Assembly (NCBI GenBank): GCA_963833125.1
Contig: CAWHWX010000004.1
Coordinates: forward strand, 64,001 to 128,000
Direction of reading: 5' to 3'
Origin: Candidatus Bathyarchaeota archaeon
Lineage (GTDB): Archaea; Thermoproteota; Bathyarchaeia; 40CM-2-53-6
Length of the DNA stretch: 64,000 bases
In this document: positions 20,019 to 31,062 of the stretch, one piece after another
How positions within the stretch are numbered: position 1 is the stretch's first letter
How the letters are laid out: each line of letters opens with the position of its first letter
Notes under the pieces: generated by a model
Database searches by the model: none
What the model was told of the DNA's origin: nothing
The model's input: the letters and a program-made list of their open reading frames with translations, nothing else
Translations under genes and position numbers: made by a program

Positions 20019-22388
20019 GTGAAAAAGGCCGGCGCGGTAATTGTCTCATTGGCCTTGCTAATTGTTCTCGGGGCAATGGTTCCTGCAACGCCCTCACACC
20101 AAGCGCCGGTAATCATACAAGGCTCAATCCCTTTTGCCGGGTCCTTCTCTGTTCTGGTAGAGAGCCAACACGACTTCAGCCCAACCGATATCCAACTTCT
20201 TGAAAGTTACGGTACGGTTACCACAGTAGCCGGACCGGTTGCAGCTATCCAAATCAGTTCATCAGCGTTAGCTGAGTTGGCCCGGCTCCCATTCATCATC
20301 CGTATTGAGAAATCCTATCCTCTCAGCGTTGAACTCGATAAGAGCGTACCCGACACTGGCGCTCCTCAAGTCTGGAATGAGGTCAAAGATCCATTCGGTA
20401 GAAACGTCACCGGAGCAGGGGTGATTGTTGGGTTCGTCGACACAGGAATTGATACAACGCATCCCGATTTCACTTTTCCAAATGGCACCACCAAGATTCT
20501 CTACGTATGGGACCAGACCACCGCAGGCCACCCACCTTCGGGTTTCAACTACGGGTACGAGTGCACATCGGTGGACATAGGAGCGAAAACATGTCCGGAG
20601 AAAGATACGTTTGGGCATGGGACGCATGTGGCCGGAATCGCAACGAGCACTGGTATGGCGACCGGCAATTATACTGGCGTTGCGCCAGGTGCGAGCATAA
20701 TTTTCGTGAAGAGCGGCTACGAGGTATGTAATGGAGATAGCTGGACTTTTAACACGAACCAGATTCTCGACGGCATAAACTACATGGTAAGAAAGGCAGC
20801 CTCGCTTCGAATGCGTTTGGTCGTCAGCCTCAGCCTAGGCGGTAACATTGGCGCCCACGACGGCACCGACCCTTTCGAGCGTGCCCTCGACGCTTTCGTC
20901 AAAGCGGGAACACCAATCGTTGTCGCTGCGGGCAACGCAGCCGAGGATCAAGACCACATTGACGGACAAATATCCCAAGGTCAAAACACCACATTCCAAC
21001 TTCAGTTTAAGCAAACAACAGTCGACGTAGCCATAGACATCTGGTATTCCCCGCAGGACCAAATCTCCGCGACACTACACGTCCCCGACGGAACATCCTA
21101 CCCGGTGCTAAGTGTGCCTGGAGGAATAGTCACCAGCTTCGGGGAACTCAACACAACCACAGCTTCCTTCCCTAACGGTAACGAACTCTACATCGAGGTT
21201 AACTCGACCAATCCCTTGCCACTAGACGGTTGGGGTGTCAGTTTGATCGCGGACCAAGTTCACTCTGAAGGATTCTGGAACGCGTGGACCGATTCCTCTA
21301 CATGCACTTTTCCGGGCTCAGTCTTCTTGCCGGGAGATGGATACATTGTTGATTCTCAGGATACGATCGGTATACCCGCCACGGCAAGGAACGTCGTAAC
21401 CGTTGGCTCATACGTCACAAAGACCTCGTGGGTGGGAATGGACGGAAACACATACGGCACAGATATTTCCCCGGGCGGCATCTCGTCTTTCAGCTCCCTT
21501 GGCCCAACTAGGGATGGCCGGACCAAACCTGATATTGTTGCTCCCGGCGAAGTCATTGTCTCGGCAAGGTCAAGTGCGGTACCCCAGACTCAGAGTGACC
21601 CCGACCGGTACCACAGGGTTCTGGCGGGCACTAGCATGGCGACCCCACACGTAGCCGGCACCATTGCTCTTATGCTTCAATACGCACCCAACCTTCAAGC
21701 AATCGAGGTTCCAGGAATCCTTCGGCAAACCGCACGCCTTGATGCGAACACTGGTCTGATTACGAATAGTTCTGCACTCTGGGGCTTTGGAAAACTAGAT
21801 GCTAGGACCGCAACAGGTTTCTTCCGTCAAACCTTGGTGATCATTGGAATTCCTTCGGTGCTCACGGTTTCTATCCGCGTGAACGGAAGTGAAATCATGC
21901 AGGTGCCGGGAGGAACATGGGCTGATCTTTACTATCTAAAGGGGTCTACTCTAAATGTCTCCTTCGACCATCAAATCCAAGCAACCGCCGACACTCGCTA
22001 TTCATATCAAAACGCAAAATCCACGGGCACACCGAACCCTGTGATCATAATCAATTACAATCCGCAATATCTGCTCACAGTCAACTCACCTTTTGGTCCA
22101 ACTAGTGGGAGCGGATGGTATGACGCAAACAGTAACGCGACTTTGACGGCATCCGAAATTGTGCCGGCCCCAGGTTTTTTGGGCTATCTAGGTTCCGCGT
22201 ACGTTCTGAGCTACTGGGCAACAAATGACGGCGCTACTCATTCAAACGTCATTTTGATGGATGGCCCGAAATCTGTAACTGCAGTCTATACTCCAACCGT
22301 TTCAGTACAAACATTCTCTGAGGTAATTGTCGTCTCGACGGTTGCTGTGCTTTCGGCGGTTGTATTTTCGAGAAGAAGGCTTAGCTGA
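20019..22388 (+). CDS. secreted, membrane-anchored S8 (subtilisin) serine protease
   Basis: Signal peptide; DTG, HGTHVAG, AAGN and GTSMATPHVAG; insert domain; C-terminal TM + RRR. Confidence 0.92.
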   Translation: MKKAGAVIVSLALLIVLGAMVPATPSHQAPVIIQGSIPFAGSFSVLVESQHDFSPTDIQLLESYGTVTTVAGPVAAIQISSSALAELARLPFIIRIEKSYPLSVELDKSVPDTGAPQVWNEVKDPFGRNVTGAGVIVGFVDTGIDTTHPDFTFPNGTTKILYVWDQTTAGHPPSGFNYGYECTSVDIGAKTCPEKDTFGHGTHVAGIATSTGMATGNYTGVAPGASIIFVKSGYEVCNGDSWTFNTNQILDGINYMVRKAASLRMRLVVSLSLGGNIGAHDGTDPFERALDAFVKAGTPIVVAAGNAAEDQDHIDGQISQGQNTTFQLQFKQTTVDVAIDIWYSPQDQISATLHVPDGTSYPVLSVPGGIVTSFGELNTTTASFPNGNELYIEVNSTNPLPLDGWGVSLIADQVHSEGFWNAWTDSSTCTFPGSVFLPGDGYIVDSQDTIGIPATARNVVTVGSYVTKTSWVGMDGNTYGTDISPGGISSFSSLGPTRDGRTKPDIVAPGEVIVSARSSAVPQTQSDPDRYHRVLAGTSMATPHVAGTIALMLQYAPNLQAIEVPGILRQTARLDANTGLITNSSALWGFGKLDARTATGFFRQTLVIIGIPSVLTVSIRVNGSEIMQVPGGTWADLYYLKGSTLNVSFDHQIQATADTRYSYQNAKSTGTPNPVIIINYNPQYLLTVNSPFGPTSGSGWYDANSNATLTASEIVPAPGFLGYLGSAYVLSYWATNDGATHSNVILMDGPKSVTAVYTPTVSVQTFSEVIVVSTVAVLSAVVFSRRRLS

Positions 22389-22396
22389 TCGTTCGG

Positions 22397-22711
22397 TTAC
22401 GTCTTCTTCAGTAGTACGTCGGTGCCTTCGATTTTTACTGTGAAGGAGGTTTCGTCCTTCATAGGTGGTGGGCTAACCACTTTTCCAGTGGTAACGTCAA
22501 ATTTGCCACCGTGCCAGGGGCAGATTACAGTGTTGCCTTCCAGTTCTCCTTCGTTGAGAGGCCCTCCCCTATGAGTGCACTTATCCGTAATCGCATAGAG
22601 CTTACCTCCAATGCTGGCAACAACCACTTCATCCACACCGACGGTTACCTTCTTGAGAGATCCGGCAGGAAAATCGGTAACCTGGCCTACCTTTACGAAG
22701 CCTTCACTCAT
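22397..22711 (-). CDS. Rieske [2Fe-2S] ferredoxin
   Basis: CTHRGGPL and CPWHGGKFD; likely ATG start at 22711. Confidence 0.9.
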   Translation of the reverse strand: MSEGFVKVGQVTDFPAGSLKKVTVGVDEVVVASIGGKLYAITDKCTHRGGPLNEGELEGNTVICPWHGGKFDVTTGKVVSPPPMKDETSFTVKIEGTDVLLKKT

Positions 22712-22838
22712 CTCAATCAACCACTCAAAGGAATCCGAGGTCCCGCTTATGAACTGAGCGCATGCTAAAGCTATATGCTCGTCTCTCCCACACGATATTC
22801 GCGAAGACCTAAGAATTTGACGAATCGATGGGAAGAAT

Positions 22839-24118
22839 TTGCAAGCTAAGACCCAAACGCAACAAACGCAGCGCTTCGAATTCCTTAAACTCAAATTCCA
22901 ACAATACTACAAGGAAAGTGCTGCCTCGCTTAGGCCCCCCCCGTCGATGGTAGAACGCGAATTCGGATTCCTACTCTTCCGCGAAACGCGTAATGGTGAG
23001 GCATAAGGCGTTCCATGATTTCAGTCTGTTCACGAACTCACTGTTGTCACTGACGCCCTCCGACGTTTACTACTCCACAGCCTACTATCAGCACCCCGAC
23101 CTTGAGATGGAAAGAAAAGGGTGGCTGGGCTCGGATGTGGTTTTCGATGTTGACGCAGACCACATCGACACACCATGCAAGGAGAAGCACGACATGTGGG
23201 TCTGCACTAGTTGCAAAGAAACAAGGAGAGGAAAGAAGCCGTTGAAATGCCCTAAATGCGGGAGTGAAAAACTTGAGGAAAAAGCATGGCTTTGCGATCG
23301 ATGCCTCATCGCGGCGAAGGAGGAAGTGCTAAAACTCCTGGAATTTCTCGCGGAAGACTTTGGAATCAAATCAAATGAGATGCATCTCTTCTTTTCCGGC
23401 CACAGGGGATACCACCTCCACATAATCTCGGACAGTTTGAAGACACTAGACGACGTCCAAAGGAGAGAGATAGTGGATTACGTTATGGCGCTGGGGCTAG
23501 ACCCCGCCGAACAAGGATTGTACCAAGACCTATTCGACAGTAAACACCCAATCATAGTCGGCCCAGACCTAACCGACCTAGGTTGGCGCGGAAGACTCAG
23601 CGCGCGGTGTATACCAGATTCTCACAGAGTGGGATCAGAACTCACTCGTTGAGCTAGGCTTCACTCGTGGCGCAGCTGCCCAGATCCTGAATGACCGTCA
23701 ACGAATTAGAAGTGAGTGGTCGAGGAAGATGCTGTGGAGCTCATTTCAAGACAAATGGAGAATCAACGAAAAAATCTGGAGAAACATCGTCGAAAAAGCG
23801 ATGAGCCTAGTCACGTTACCCGCGAAGATAGACACCGTCGTCACAACCGACGTGCACAGGCTGATCAGAATGCCGGGAACGCTGAATGGAAAGACCGGCT
23901 TGAAAGCCACAATGGTCAAGCTAGACCGCCTAGAGGAATTTGACCCATTCAACGAACCCGTCGTTTTCCAAGGAACACAGAAAGTCGAGATTACAGAAGC
24001 ACCCGAACTTCGACTGCGTGACCAAACCTTCGGCCCATATACCGATCAGAAAGTTGAATTGCCACTTGCGGCTGCCGTACTGTTCGTCGCAAAGGGTGTT
24101 GCATCTCCGGTGAACTAG
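22839..24118 (+). CDS. priS: DNA primase small subunit with Zn-ribbon insert (at least 2 indels, near 22985 and 23600-23650)
   Basis: EREFGF, YYSTAYY, FDVDADH, FSGHRGYH and DVHRLIRMPGTLNGKTGL. Confidence 0.92.
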
Positions 24119-24120
24119 GC

Positions 24121-24711
24121 TTGTATAACGAGCTGTACAAGGCATGGAAGTCCGAGAAAACCTCTGAAAAGACTCAACCCCTCGCACCCGACTTCTATCA
24201 AAGGATGCAAAATTACCTTAAGGGGTTAGAGGAAGATTCTGCCTCGTTGGAGGCACACACTCTCCAAGGCCGCCTAGTTCTGAAAGAAAAGGAGGTTGTA
24301 GCCAGGCTTCTAAATGAATTGAAGGAGACAAGGCTTCAGAAACTCGTCAGCATCACAAAACATCACGGCAACGTGGATGCATCGGGCTTAACGGAGGAAG
24401 AGAGGAGCCTAGTCAAAGGCATTGACGACTCCATGCAGGCCTTCGAGCAAGGAGGGAGCGAGCCCGTCAGCGCCGCAACCACGACAGCTGAAGAACGAAT
24501 TGAATTGTCAGTCGTAAGATTTCTGCAAGACATCCCCGAAATAGTTGGGACTGACCTAAAGATTTACGGACCCTACAAGAAGGAAGACGTAGGTTCTTTG
24601 CCTAACCAAAACGCACAGGCATTGGTTAAGCAAGGTGCCGCGAAAGAAATCGAAGTAAGAACTTTTCACAAAACCGCGAAAAAAGATGATGCGAACCGCC
24701 ATCAACAATAA
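24121..24711 (+). CDS. GINS complex subunit (Gins15/Gins51)
   Basis: RLQKL A-domain; VRFLQDIPEIVGTDLKIYGPYKKED B-domain; follows priS. Confidence 0.88.
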   Translation: MYNELYKAWKSEKTSEKTQPLAPDFYQRMQNYLKGLEEDSASLEAHTLQGRLVLKEKEVVARLLNELKETRLQKLVSITKHHGNVDASGLTEEERSLVKGIDDSMQAFEQGGSEPVSAATTTAEERIELSVVRFLQDIPEIVGTDLKIYGPYKKEDVGSLPNQNAQALVKQGAAKEIEVRTFHKTAKKDDANRHQQ

Positions 24712-24752
24712 ATAAAACACGCAAGGCTAGTAACGAATTCGAGCCGATCAGT

Positions 24753-25028
24753 ATGAGAGTACCTAAGGAAATGAGGACCTACTGTCCAAAATGCAAGTCG
24801 CATACTGATCATCAAGTGTCGATATACAAGAAGGGCAAGGACAGAGCGATGGCCGTCGGCAACAGGCGGCACGCACGTGACGAGCTAGGGTACGGTGGCC
24901 AAAAGTTTCCGAAACTTAAGAGGACTGCTAAGACGACAAAAAAACAGTTGATCAAACTTACCTGCCGAACATGTGACTCCGCCACCTTCAGATTAGGGAT
25001 TAGGCTTCGAAAACTAGAGATAACCTAA
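24753..25028 (+). CDS. rpl44e: 50S ribosomal protein L44e
   Basis: TYCPKCKSHT, GYGGQKFP and KTTKK. Confidence 0.96.
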   Translation: MRVPKEMRTYCPKCKSHTDHQVSIYKKGKDRAMAVGNRRHARDELGYGGQKFPKLKRTAKTTKKQLIKLTCRTCDSATFRLGIRLRKLEIT

Positions 25029-25141
25029 CCAGCATATGCTCTTCTTCAAGCGATTCTGCTCGGTTCGCCGTTCGTTGAGGCATAACACTTATGTTGCATG
25101 GTTCCTGTCTCACAATTTCTTCGCTAGGTTGGGAATGAGAA

Positions 25142-25336
25142 ATGGTCAAAGGAGAATTAATCCCGAAACCGCAGAGTAACTTCATCAGAGTCAAGTGCCC
25201 GAAGTGTGGGAATGAACAGGTTGTATTTGACAGGCCATCCCTTGCCCCGCACTGCTCAGTCTGCGACGAAGTCCTAGCTGACCCTACCGGCGGAAAGGCA
25301 ACGCTCAAGTCTGAAGTAGTTCAAGTCCTCGGTTAA
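25142..25336 (+). CDS. rps27e: 30S ribosomal protein S27e
   Basis: IPKPQSNFIRVKCPKCGNEQVVF...PTGGKA. Confidence 0.96.
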   Translation: MVKGELIPKPQSNFIRVKCPKCGNEQVVFDRPSLAPHCSVCDEVLADPTGGKATLKSEVVQVLG

Positions 25337-25350
25337 ATTGGCGAATAGTA

Positions 25351-26133
25351 ATGTCCAGCCCCGTTGAATACCCTGAAGTTGGCGACCTTGTCGTAGCCAG
25401 CGTCACACGTGTTGTGGATTACGGGGCATACGTCAAACTCGACGAGTACGACGGAGTCGAAGGATTAATTCACATTTCAGAAATCGCAAGCACATACGTA
25501 AAGAACATTAGAGTGCATGTGAGGGAAGGCCAAAAACTCGTCCTGAAAGTTTTACGGGTAAGCCCCCAACGCTTCCAAGTTGACCTTTCACTCCGCAGAG
25601 TCACCGGCCGCGAAAAATCCGAGAAGATGCTTGAATGGAAGAAGGTGAAGAAGGCCGATTCGATAATCAAAGGTGCGGTTGAACGACTGAAAGTTGGAGA
25701 CGAAGACGTATCAAAGATTAGAGACGTCATCTACGAGAAATTCGATAATCCCTTCGACGCTTTTGAGGAGGCCGCGGATGAAGGAGAAGAAACGTTCACC
25801 AAGCTCGGAATAGCTGAGGATTGGGCCAAGGCACTAACCGAGGTCGCTAGAAGCAAGATCAGGCTTGAGAAAGCTAAGGTTACAGGCACCGTAGAATTAA
25901 TCTGCGTAAAGACTGACGGCGTTGAAGCGATTCGACAGGCGTTGCATGGAGCGAAGAAGGTCAAGAAATCACGAGGGACCACAATCAAAGTGTACACGCT
26001 TGGGTCCCCGAAATACCGGTTTGAGGTTAGAAGCAAGGAAATAACGGATGCTCAGGCAACGCTGAACCTCGCCATGGAGGAAGCATTAAGCGGGATCAAG
26101 GGTCTTGGCGGCGAAGGACGCAAACTAGGTTGA
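25351..26133 (+). CDS. eif2a: translation initiation factor aIF-2 alpha
   Basis: YPEVGDLVV, GLIHISEI S1 domain and GSPKYR. Confidence 0.95.
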   Translation: MSSPVEYPEVGDLVVASVTRVVDYGAYVKLDEYDGVEGLIHISEIASTYVKNIRVHVREGQKLVLKVLRVSPQRFQVDLSLRRVTGREKSEKMLEWKKVKKADSIIKGAVERLKVGDEDVSKIRDVIYEKFDNPFDAFEEAADEGEETFTKLGIAEDWAKALTEVARSKIRLEKAKVTGTVELICVKTDGVEAIRQALHGAKKVKKSRGTTIKVYTLGSPKYRFEVRSKEITDAQATLNLAMEEALSGIKGLGGEGRKLG

Positions 26134-26282
26134 AGTGGCTCATAAGAAAATGTCCTAACTGCAAGACTTATACAATGAAGCCGAATTGCCCCAAATGCGG
26201 AACACAAACCGTTACCGCACACCCGTCTAAATTCTCCCCGCACGACAAGTACGCCAAACTACGTCAACCGGAGAACCCGTAA
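26130..26282 (+). CDS. nop10: H/ACA RNP protein Nop10 (not in ORF track)
   Basis: TTG overlapping the aIF2a stop; MKWLIRKCPNCKTYTMKPNCPKCGTQTVTAHPSKFSPHDKYAKLR. Confidence 0.93.
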   Translation: MKWLIRKCPNCKTYTMKPNCPKCGTQTVTAHPSKFSPHDKYAKLRQPENP

Positions 26283-26324
26283 GAACCCGACTATTTCGCT
26301 ACAGAAGCTTTTCGGGTTTCTTGC

Positions 26325-29093
26325 TTACGACCTGCGTATGGTGAGGTATGTAGTGACAGGGTTGTAATTTACACCAGCCTGCAAAGTAGCAACTAGCGTG
26401 AAAGTGCCTGGGACGTCAGCCTTCCAATTGAAACTCATTGTGGGTGAAGTCATGAGTAGCGTGTTGATCGGGGTGAATGTCTTGTTGTCGAAAGTGTAGG
26501 CAATTGTTACGTTTGTGCCTGTGACGAAGGGTGAAAGGGATACATTCACTGTGATGTTTTGGCCTACGTTGAATGTTGATGGTGAGGTTGAAAGGGTTAG
26601 GGTGGCGTTCGCCTTTGTGACGAGTAATGGTTCGGGAGTTGAAGTTACTTCACCGTATGTTGCGGCGCCAAGGTAATGGGCACGGATTAGGTAGGTGCCC
26701 ACGTCCGGGACAGCCGTGTAATTATACGCGCCGCTTGGTGCCGCGGTAGTAGTCCCAATTTGTTGCCACGACTGTCCGCTATCTACCGACGACTCTAGGA
26801 CGACTTGCACGGGTTGAGAGGAGATTGCGTTTCCTTTGGTATCGGTTATGTTTCCGGACATGACCACCGGAGTGCCGTACGTAATCGGTGTTTTGACTGG
26901 GCGCATCGTGATGAAGTCGGATTTGATCAAGTTCACTTTGAATAGGTATACGAACTTGTTTGAGGACGAAAATACTTGAGTTAGGTATGGGGACGGTGTC
27001 GTTTGGGTGCTTGATGTGGTTATAGTCATCATGTAACCCAGCATCGAATTCGTGTTGAGCTGTGCGCTGGTCGTGATCGAGTCGTTAGCTATGACCTTGT
27101 TCGTTGCGGGATCTTTGATTATTCGTGCGTAATCGCTTGCTCCGGTTTGAGGGTTAGTGGTTGTTTCATCGAATGAGATTTGGTATTTGTTCCACATGGT
27201 ATTGTTGCCGATGCGCGCCATCCAATACCATTTCCGTCCTCACCGAATCCTTGCCAGCCACCAGAGCTGCTACTCGAGGGAGTGATGAATATTGCCACGT
27301 ATGAGACATTGTAGCGTTGAAGGTTGGGGATTGCCATAGATATATTGTCGAGGAATGTTTGGGCGATTACTGCTATCTGCGTCGAGTTTTGAGTCCCATT
27401 GTCTGCAATTGTACTACGCTGACCAAGGGCAGTTATCCAGTAGCCGTAGTCCCACCATGCGAAGACGACGGAGCCTGGGGGCGTGTTGAGTCGCATCCAC
27501 GATAATGCTTGCAGCCAATCTTGGTATTGCAGTTCATTACCTCCTGAAGGCGCGGTTGGGATGCTGGAAGTGACAATCGTCGCGGGTTGATATGCTCCAC
27601 GTACTGCGGTCCAGAATGTTGGAATAATCGCGATCAGCAGTATCAGGAAGATCGCGACTCCAAACTCTCTGCCGATTCGGGATATTACGCGAGTTTTGCG
27701 TTTTGGATAAATCACAGCTTCTCGCACGATGTCAACGGCTGGCTTCCCTAACTCAACCGTACCAATCGCTCCCAGAAGACAGAAGACCGGGGCAAGTAAC
27801 AATGTGAGTCGTACGAAAGAGGCGGCGAAGTAGACCGCAGTGACCGCCCAGATGATGGTGAATATGTCTTCGTTTCTACCCCTCTGGATTACGAACACTA
27901 TTCCGAATAGAATTAGGAAAGTTATGGCTCCGAATTCATAGAAGAAGCTCCCCCACGTTGCAGGTTGGTGTTCTGCGACACTCGCGATTATCGGCACATT
28001 GCCGCGGACGAATGGGTTGATGACTGCGTAGAATTTGCCGTACGGTATCAGAGCGATGTTGAAGTAAGAAAGAACTGCGACTAGCGCCGCAGTTCCCAGT
28101 ACTACGGCCGCTAACGTGTAAATCCGCGTCTTGGTATTCTGAATATATGAGGATGCTTCTCGAGCTACCAGTACTAGTTCTCCGGCGAGAACCGCCAACC
28201 ATGTAAGGTCGGTAAGTGAACCGAATCCGAGCTTCGGGACAAGAAATGGAGTGAGGAGAAGGAAGATGCCCATGGATAGGGAATAGCTGAGGAACAGTTT
28301 CTTCGAGTAGCGTCCAATCAAGACGAGGACAACGACGTAGAGAGGGATCAAGTCAAGCGGGAAGAGGGAGCCTGCCCATTCTGCGGCGAGATAGAAAAGT
28401 GAGAAGCCGGCGATTGATGAGTATACGATGGTCTTGCGTGTTGTGGAACTGGAAACTGTTGCTCGACGGAATGAGAGGAAGATTACAAGCATTAGAAGGA
28501 TTCCAAGGGGCTCGTGACGTAGGAAACCAAGTTGGGTTCGACCGATGCTGCTAGGGTTCAGCGCCAAGAACAGAGCGGTTAACATTCCGGCGCCCTTTCC
28601 CCAAAAGTCCTTTCCAAGGAAATATGCGATCAACACTGTGATGGTTCCTGCAATAATGGGGAAGACCATGGCTACGTCAAACACGGCAACTCCTACACCC
28701 AAGAAGTGTAGCAACATTACTATGGCCGCAACAACGAACGCCTCCCCGTACAGATTCCAAGTCGGCATGTCGGCACCAAACGGGTACCAGCTCATGCTGT
28801 CATGCCATTGGAACCAAGCGAGAAAACCGTGGTCGACTGTGAATTGCGCCATTCGCCATTGAAGATATGGGTCAAACTCGTTGAGGTAGTATCCCCAGCG
28901 AATCGGCATTATTCGAACAGCTAGGGCGATTATCACAATCAACCCCAGAGCTATGTATTCAAGAACCGTCCCACGTGAAACCCCAGAGCGCGGCTTTGCG
29001 GATGCCGTCAACTCGTTCCGCGAGGACTTCGCGGTTTACGTATTTGCCGATGGCGCTCCGAGCTTTTCTCAGGGCTCGGCCAGTAGCTGACAT
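26325..29093 (-). CDS. aglB: oligosaccharyltransferase AglB/STT3 with C-terminal Ig-like domains (indels near 27230 and probably near 29000)
   Basis: EFDPY, SVAEHQP, WWDYGYWI and DNGTQNSTQI; rejoined frame reads GEDG-KWYWMARIG; likely ATG at 29093. Confidence 0.92.
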
Positions 29094-29311
29094 TTATGCA
29101 CCCGCAGATTTTTGAGGGTAGACTTTGAGCGCGTTATAAAAGGTTGATGAACGGCGAAGTACCTACTCTTTGATATCATCTATGCCCGAGTGATTGCTCG
29201 CTCCAAACATGCCTGGCTTGTGATGTGCACGAGTTTGATTTTCGACTCATTGCTGTCCGAAAGCCTTGTCAGGTTGAATGGCTGAGATAAGTCTGGTTTG
29301 GTAATTACACT

Positions 29312-29626
29312 ATGCCGGATGCCTACGTGTCTTGTCCATCTTGTGGAAAGCCGAACGTTAGCGATGGGAGGTATTGCATTAATTGCGGTTCGATTCTAAA
29401 TTCAGTATATTGTTCCCAATGCGGCACACCCAACCCGGATGGGTTGGAACAGTGTCTGGAGTGCGGAGCGCATATGCCGAGTTTGATGGGTTTTCGTTGG
29501 AATCCAATCGTTACTGTTCTTACCCCGACGTCTGCGATGATTGAGAGAACAAGCACGGTCCCTTACGTGAGCACTGATGATGAAAGTCCTCTCAAGTGGC
29601 TTCGATCAAAGTTGGAACGTGACTAG
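29312..29626 (+). CDS. double zinc ribbon protein
   Basis: Four CxxCG motifs. Confidence 0.8.
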   Translation: MPDAYVSCPSCGKPNVSDGRYCINCGSILNSVYCSQCGTPNPDGLEQCLECGAHMPSLMGFRWNPIVTVLTPTSAMIERTSTVPYVSTDDESPLKWLRSKLERD

Positions 29627-29637
29627 AGCCGTCATCG

Positions 29638-30765
29638 CTACTGGGTCCTGCGCGAGTAACCAAACTTGCTCGTATCGTAGAATGGGGTTTTCACCAATTT
29701 GGCTCCTTCAAGCCTGTCCCTGACTTTGACTTGGATCAAATTACCCTGGCTGGCGTATTGAGGGGTTACGTAACCCATTGCTATCCCCTTGTCGAGTAGC
29801 GGGGAGAGAGTGCCGCTGGTTACTTGGCCTATGTCTTCTCCCTTGAGTTGGATGCTGAACCCGTGCGCACGGTATCACTCGATTATCTGTTACAACCCCA
29901 ACCCGCAATTTGCGAGGGCCATTCTCTTTGACCTCTTGCAAACTGCTTCTTCCAATGAAGTCCTTGCTGAGTTTAACGACAAAGCCTAATCTCGCTTCAA
30001 AGGGGTTTGTTTTATCGTCCATGTCCGTGCCATACAAACAAAGCCCCGCCTCAAGTCGCAATAGATCTCGTGCACCCAAACCGCAAGGTTCGAGGCCAAT
30101 GGGTCTGCCCTTCTCCAGTATCCTATCCCAAACCGTCTGTGCGTTCACCAAATTTCCATTAGACGAATCCCAAACAAACACTTCGAAGCCGTCTTCACCC
30201 GTGTAACCAGTTCTTGAAACCAGGACTTTAGATCCCGCAATCGTCGCCCAATCGCACCGAAACGTGGCAAATTGCTAAGTGGTGCGTTGGCTAGTTTGGC
30301 GACCAAGGCAACCGCCTTCGGGCCTTGCACAGCGAACATTGCGACAGCGTCAGAAACGTCCTCAACCTCTACTTCAAACCCCTTCCCAGTCGATGTGAAC
30401 CATTCGTAGTCGCTTGCGCGGTTGGCGGCATTGTATACGATCAGGTATTGATCTGGTTGTAGGTTGAAGACCAGAACGTCATCTTTGATTCCGCCACTTG
30501 GGTTACAGAGGAGCGAGTATTGACCGGCACCATTTGTGAGGGAGGAGACATCGTTTGTTGTAATGTGGTCTAAGAACCGTCGTGAGTCCCGCCCTCGAAC
30601 CAAGGCTCTACCCATGTGACTGACATCAAAGATCCCCACGGCATTCCTAACCGCGAGTGATTCCGGAATAATTCCCTTGAACCAAAGAGGGAGATTGAAC
30701 CCAGCGAACTCAGTTAAGTGCCCATTCCTATCATGAAAAGCCTGAATTTGTACGCTTTTTGGCAA
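29638..30765 (-). CDS. gcvT: glycine cleavage system T protein (2 indels, near 30250 and 29870)
   Basis: GIFDVSHMG, AVQGPKA, GLGARDLLRLEAGLCLYG; C-terminal VKTPFYD in a third frame, stop at 29638. Confidence 0.92.
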
Positions 30766-30812
30766 CCCGCTTCACTGAGGTAGTCTTACAGTAAGAAATT
30801 GAATATAGCGGC

Positions 30813-30989
30813 CTATTTCGCTACATCTTCGTTTGGAGCTATCTTGACCTTCTCGGTTTCGAAGTCGAGTTTTCTCTTACATTGAGGGCATATACCGTTG
30901 TGTCTCTGTATGATTTCTGTGGGAGTTTCGAGTTCCAACCCATGATAAAGGATTGAACCGCACTCCTGACAGAAAATCTTCTGGGGCAT
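30813..30989 (-). CDS. small zinc-ribbon protein
   Basis: MPQKIFCQECG...CPQCKRKL. Confidence 0.75.
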   Translation of the reverse strand: MPQKIFCQECGSILYHGLELETPTEIIQRHNGICPQCKRKLDFETEKVKIAPNEDVAK

Positions 30990-31062
30990 TACTCGACCAC
31001 GCTTAAGAGCTCCCCACAAGCAAGGCAACATATTTTAGCCTCTTGGTCGTTCCCACTGCGCA

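Noticed and set aside
22839-24118. Programmed frameshifting or pseudogenisation of priS and other split genes
   Set aside because: No shared slippery motif, too many unrelated and essential genes affected; sequencing error is simpler
29017-29079. Two hairpins upstream of the tracked aglB start
   Set aside because: Probably inside the true aglB N-terminal coding region starting at ATG 29093
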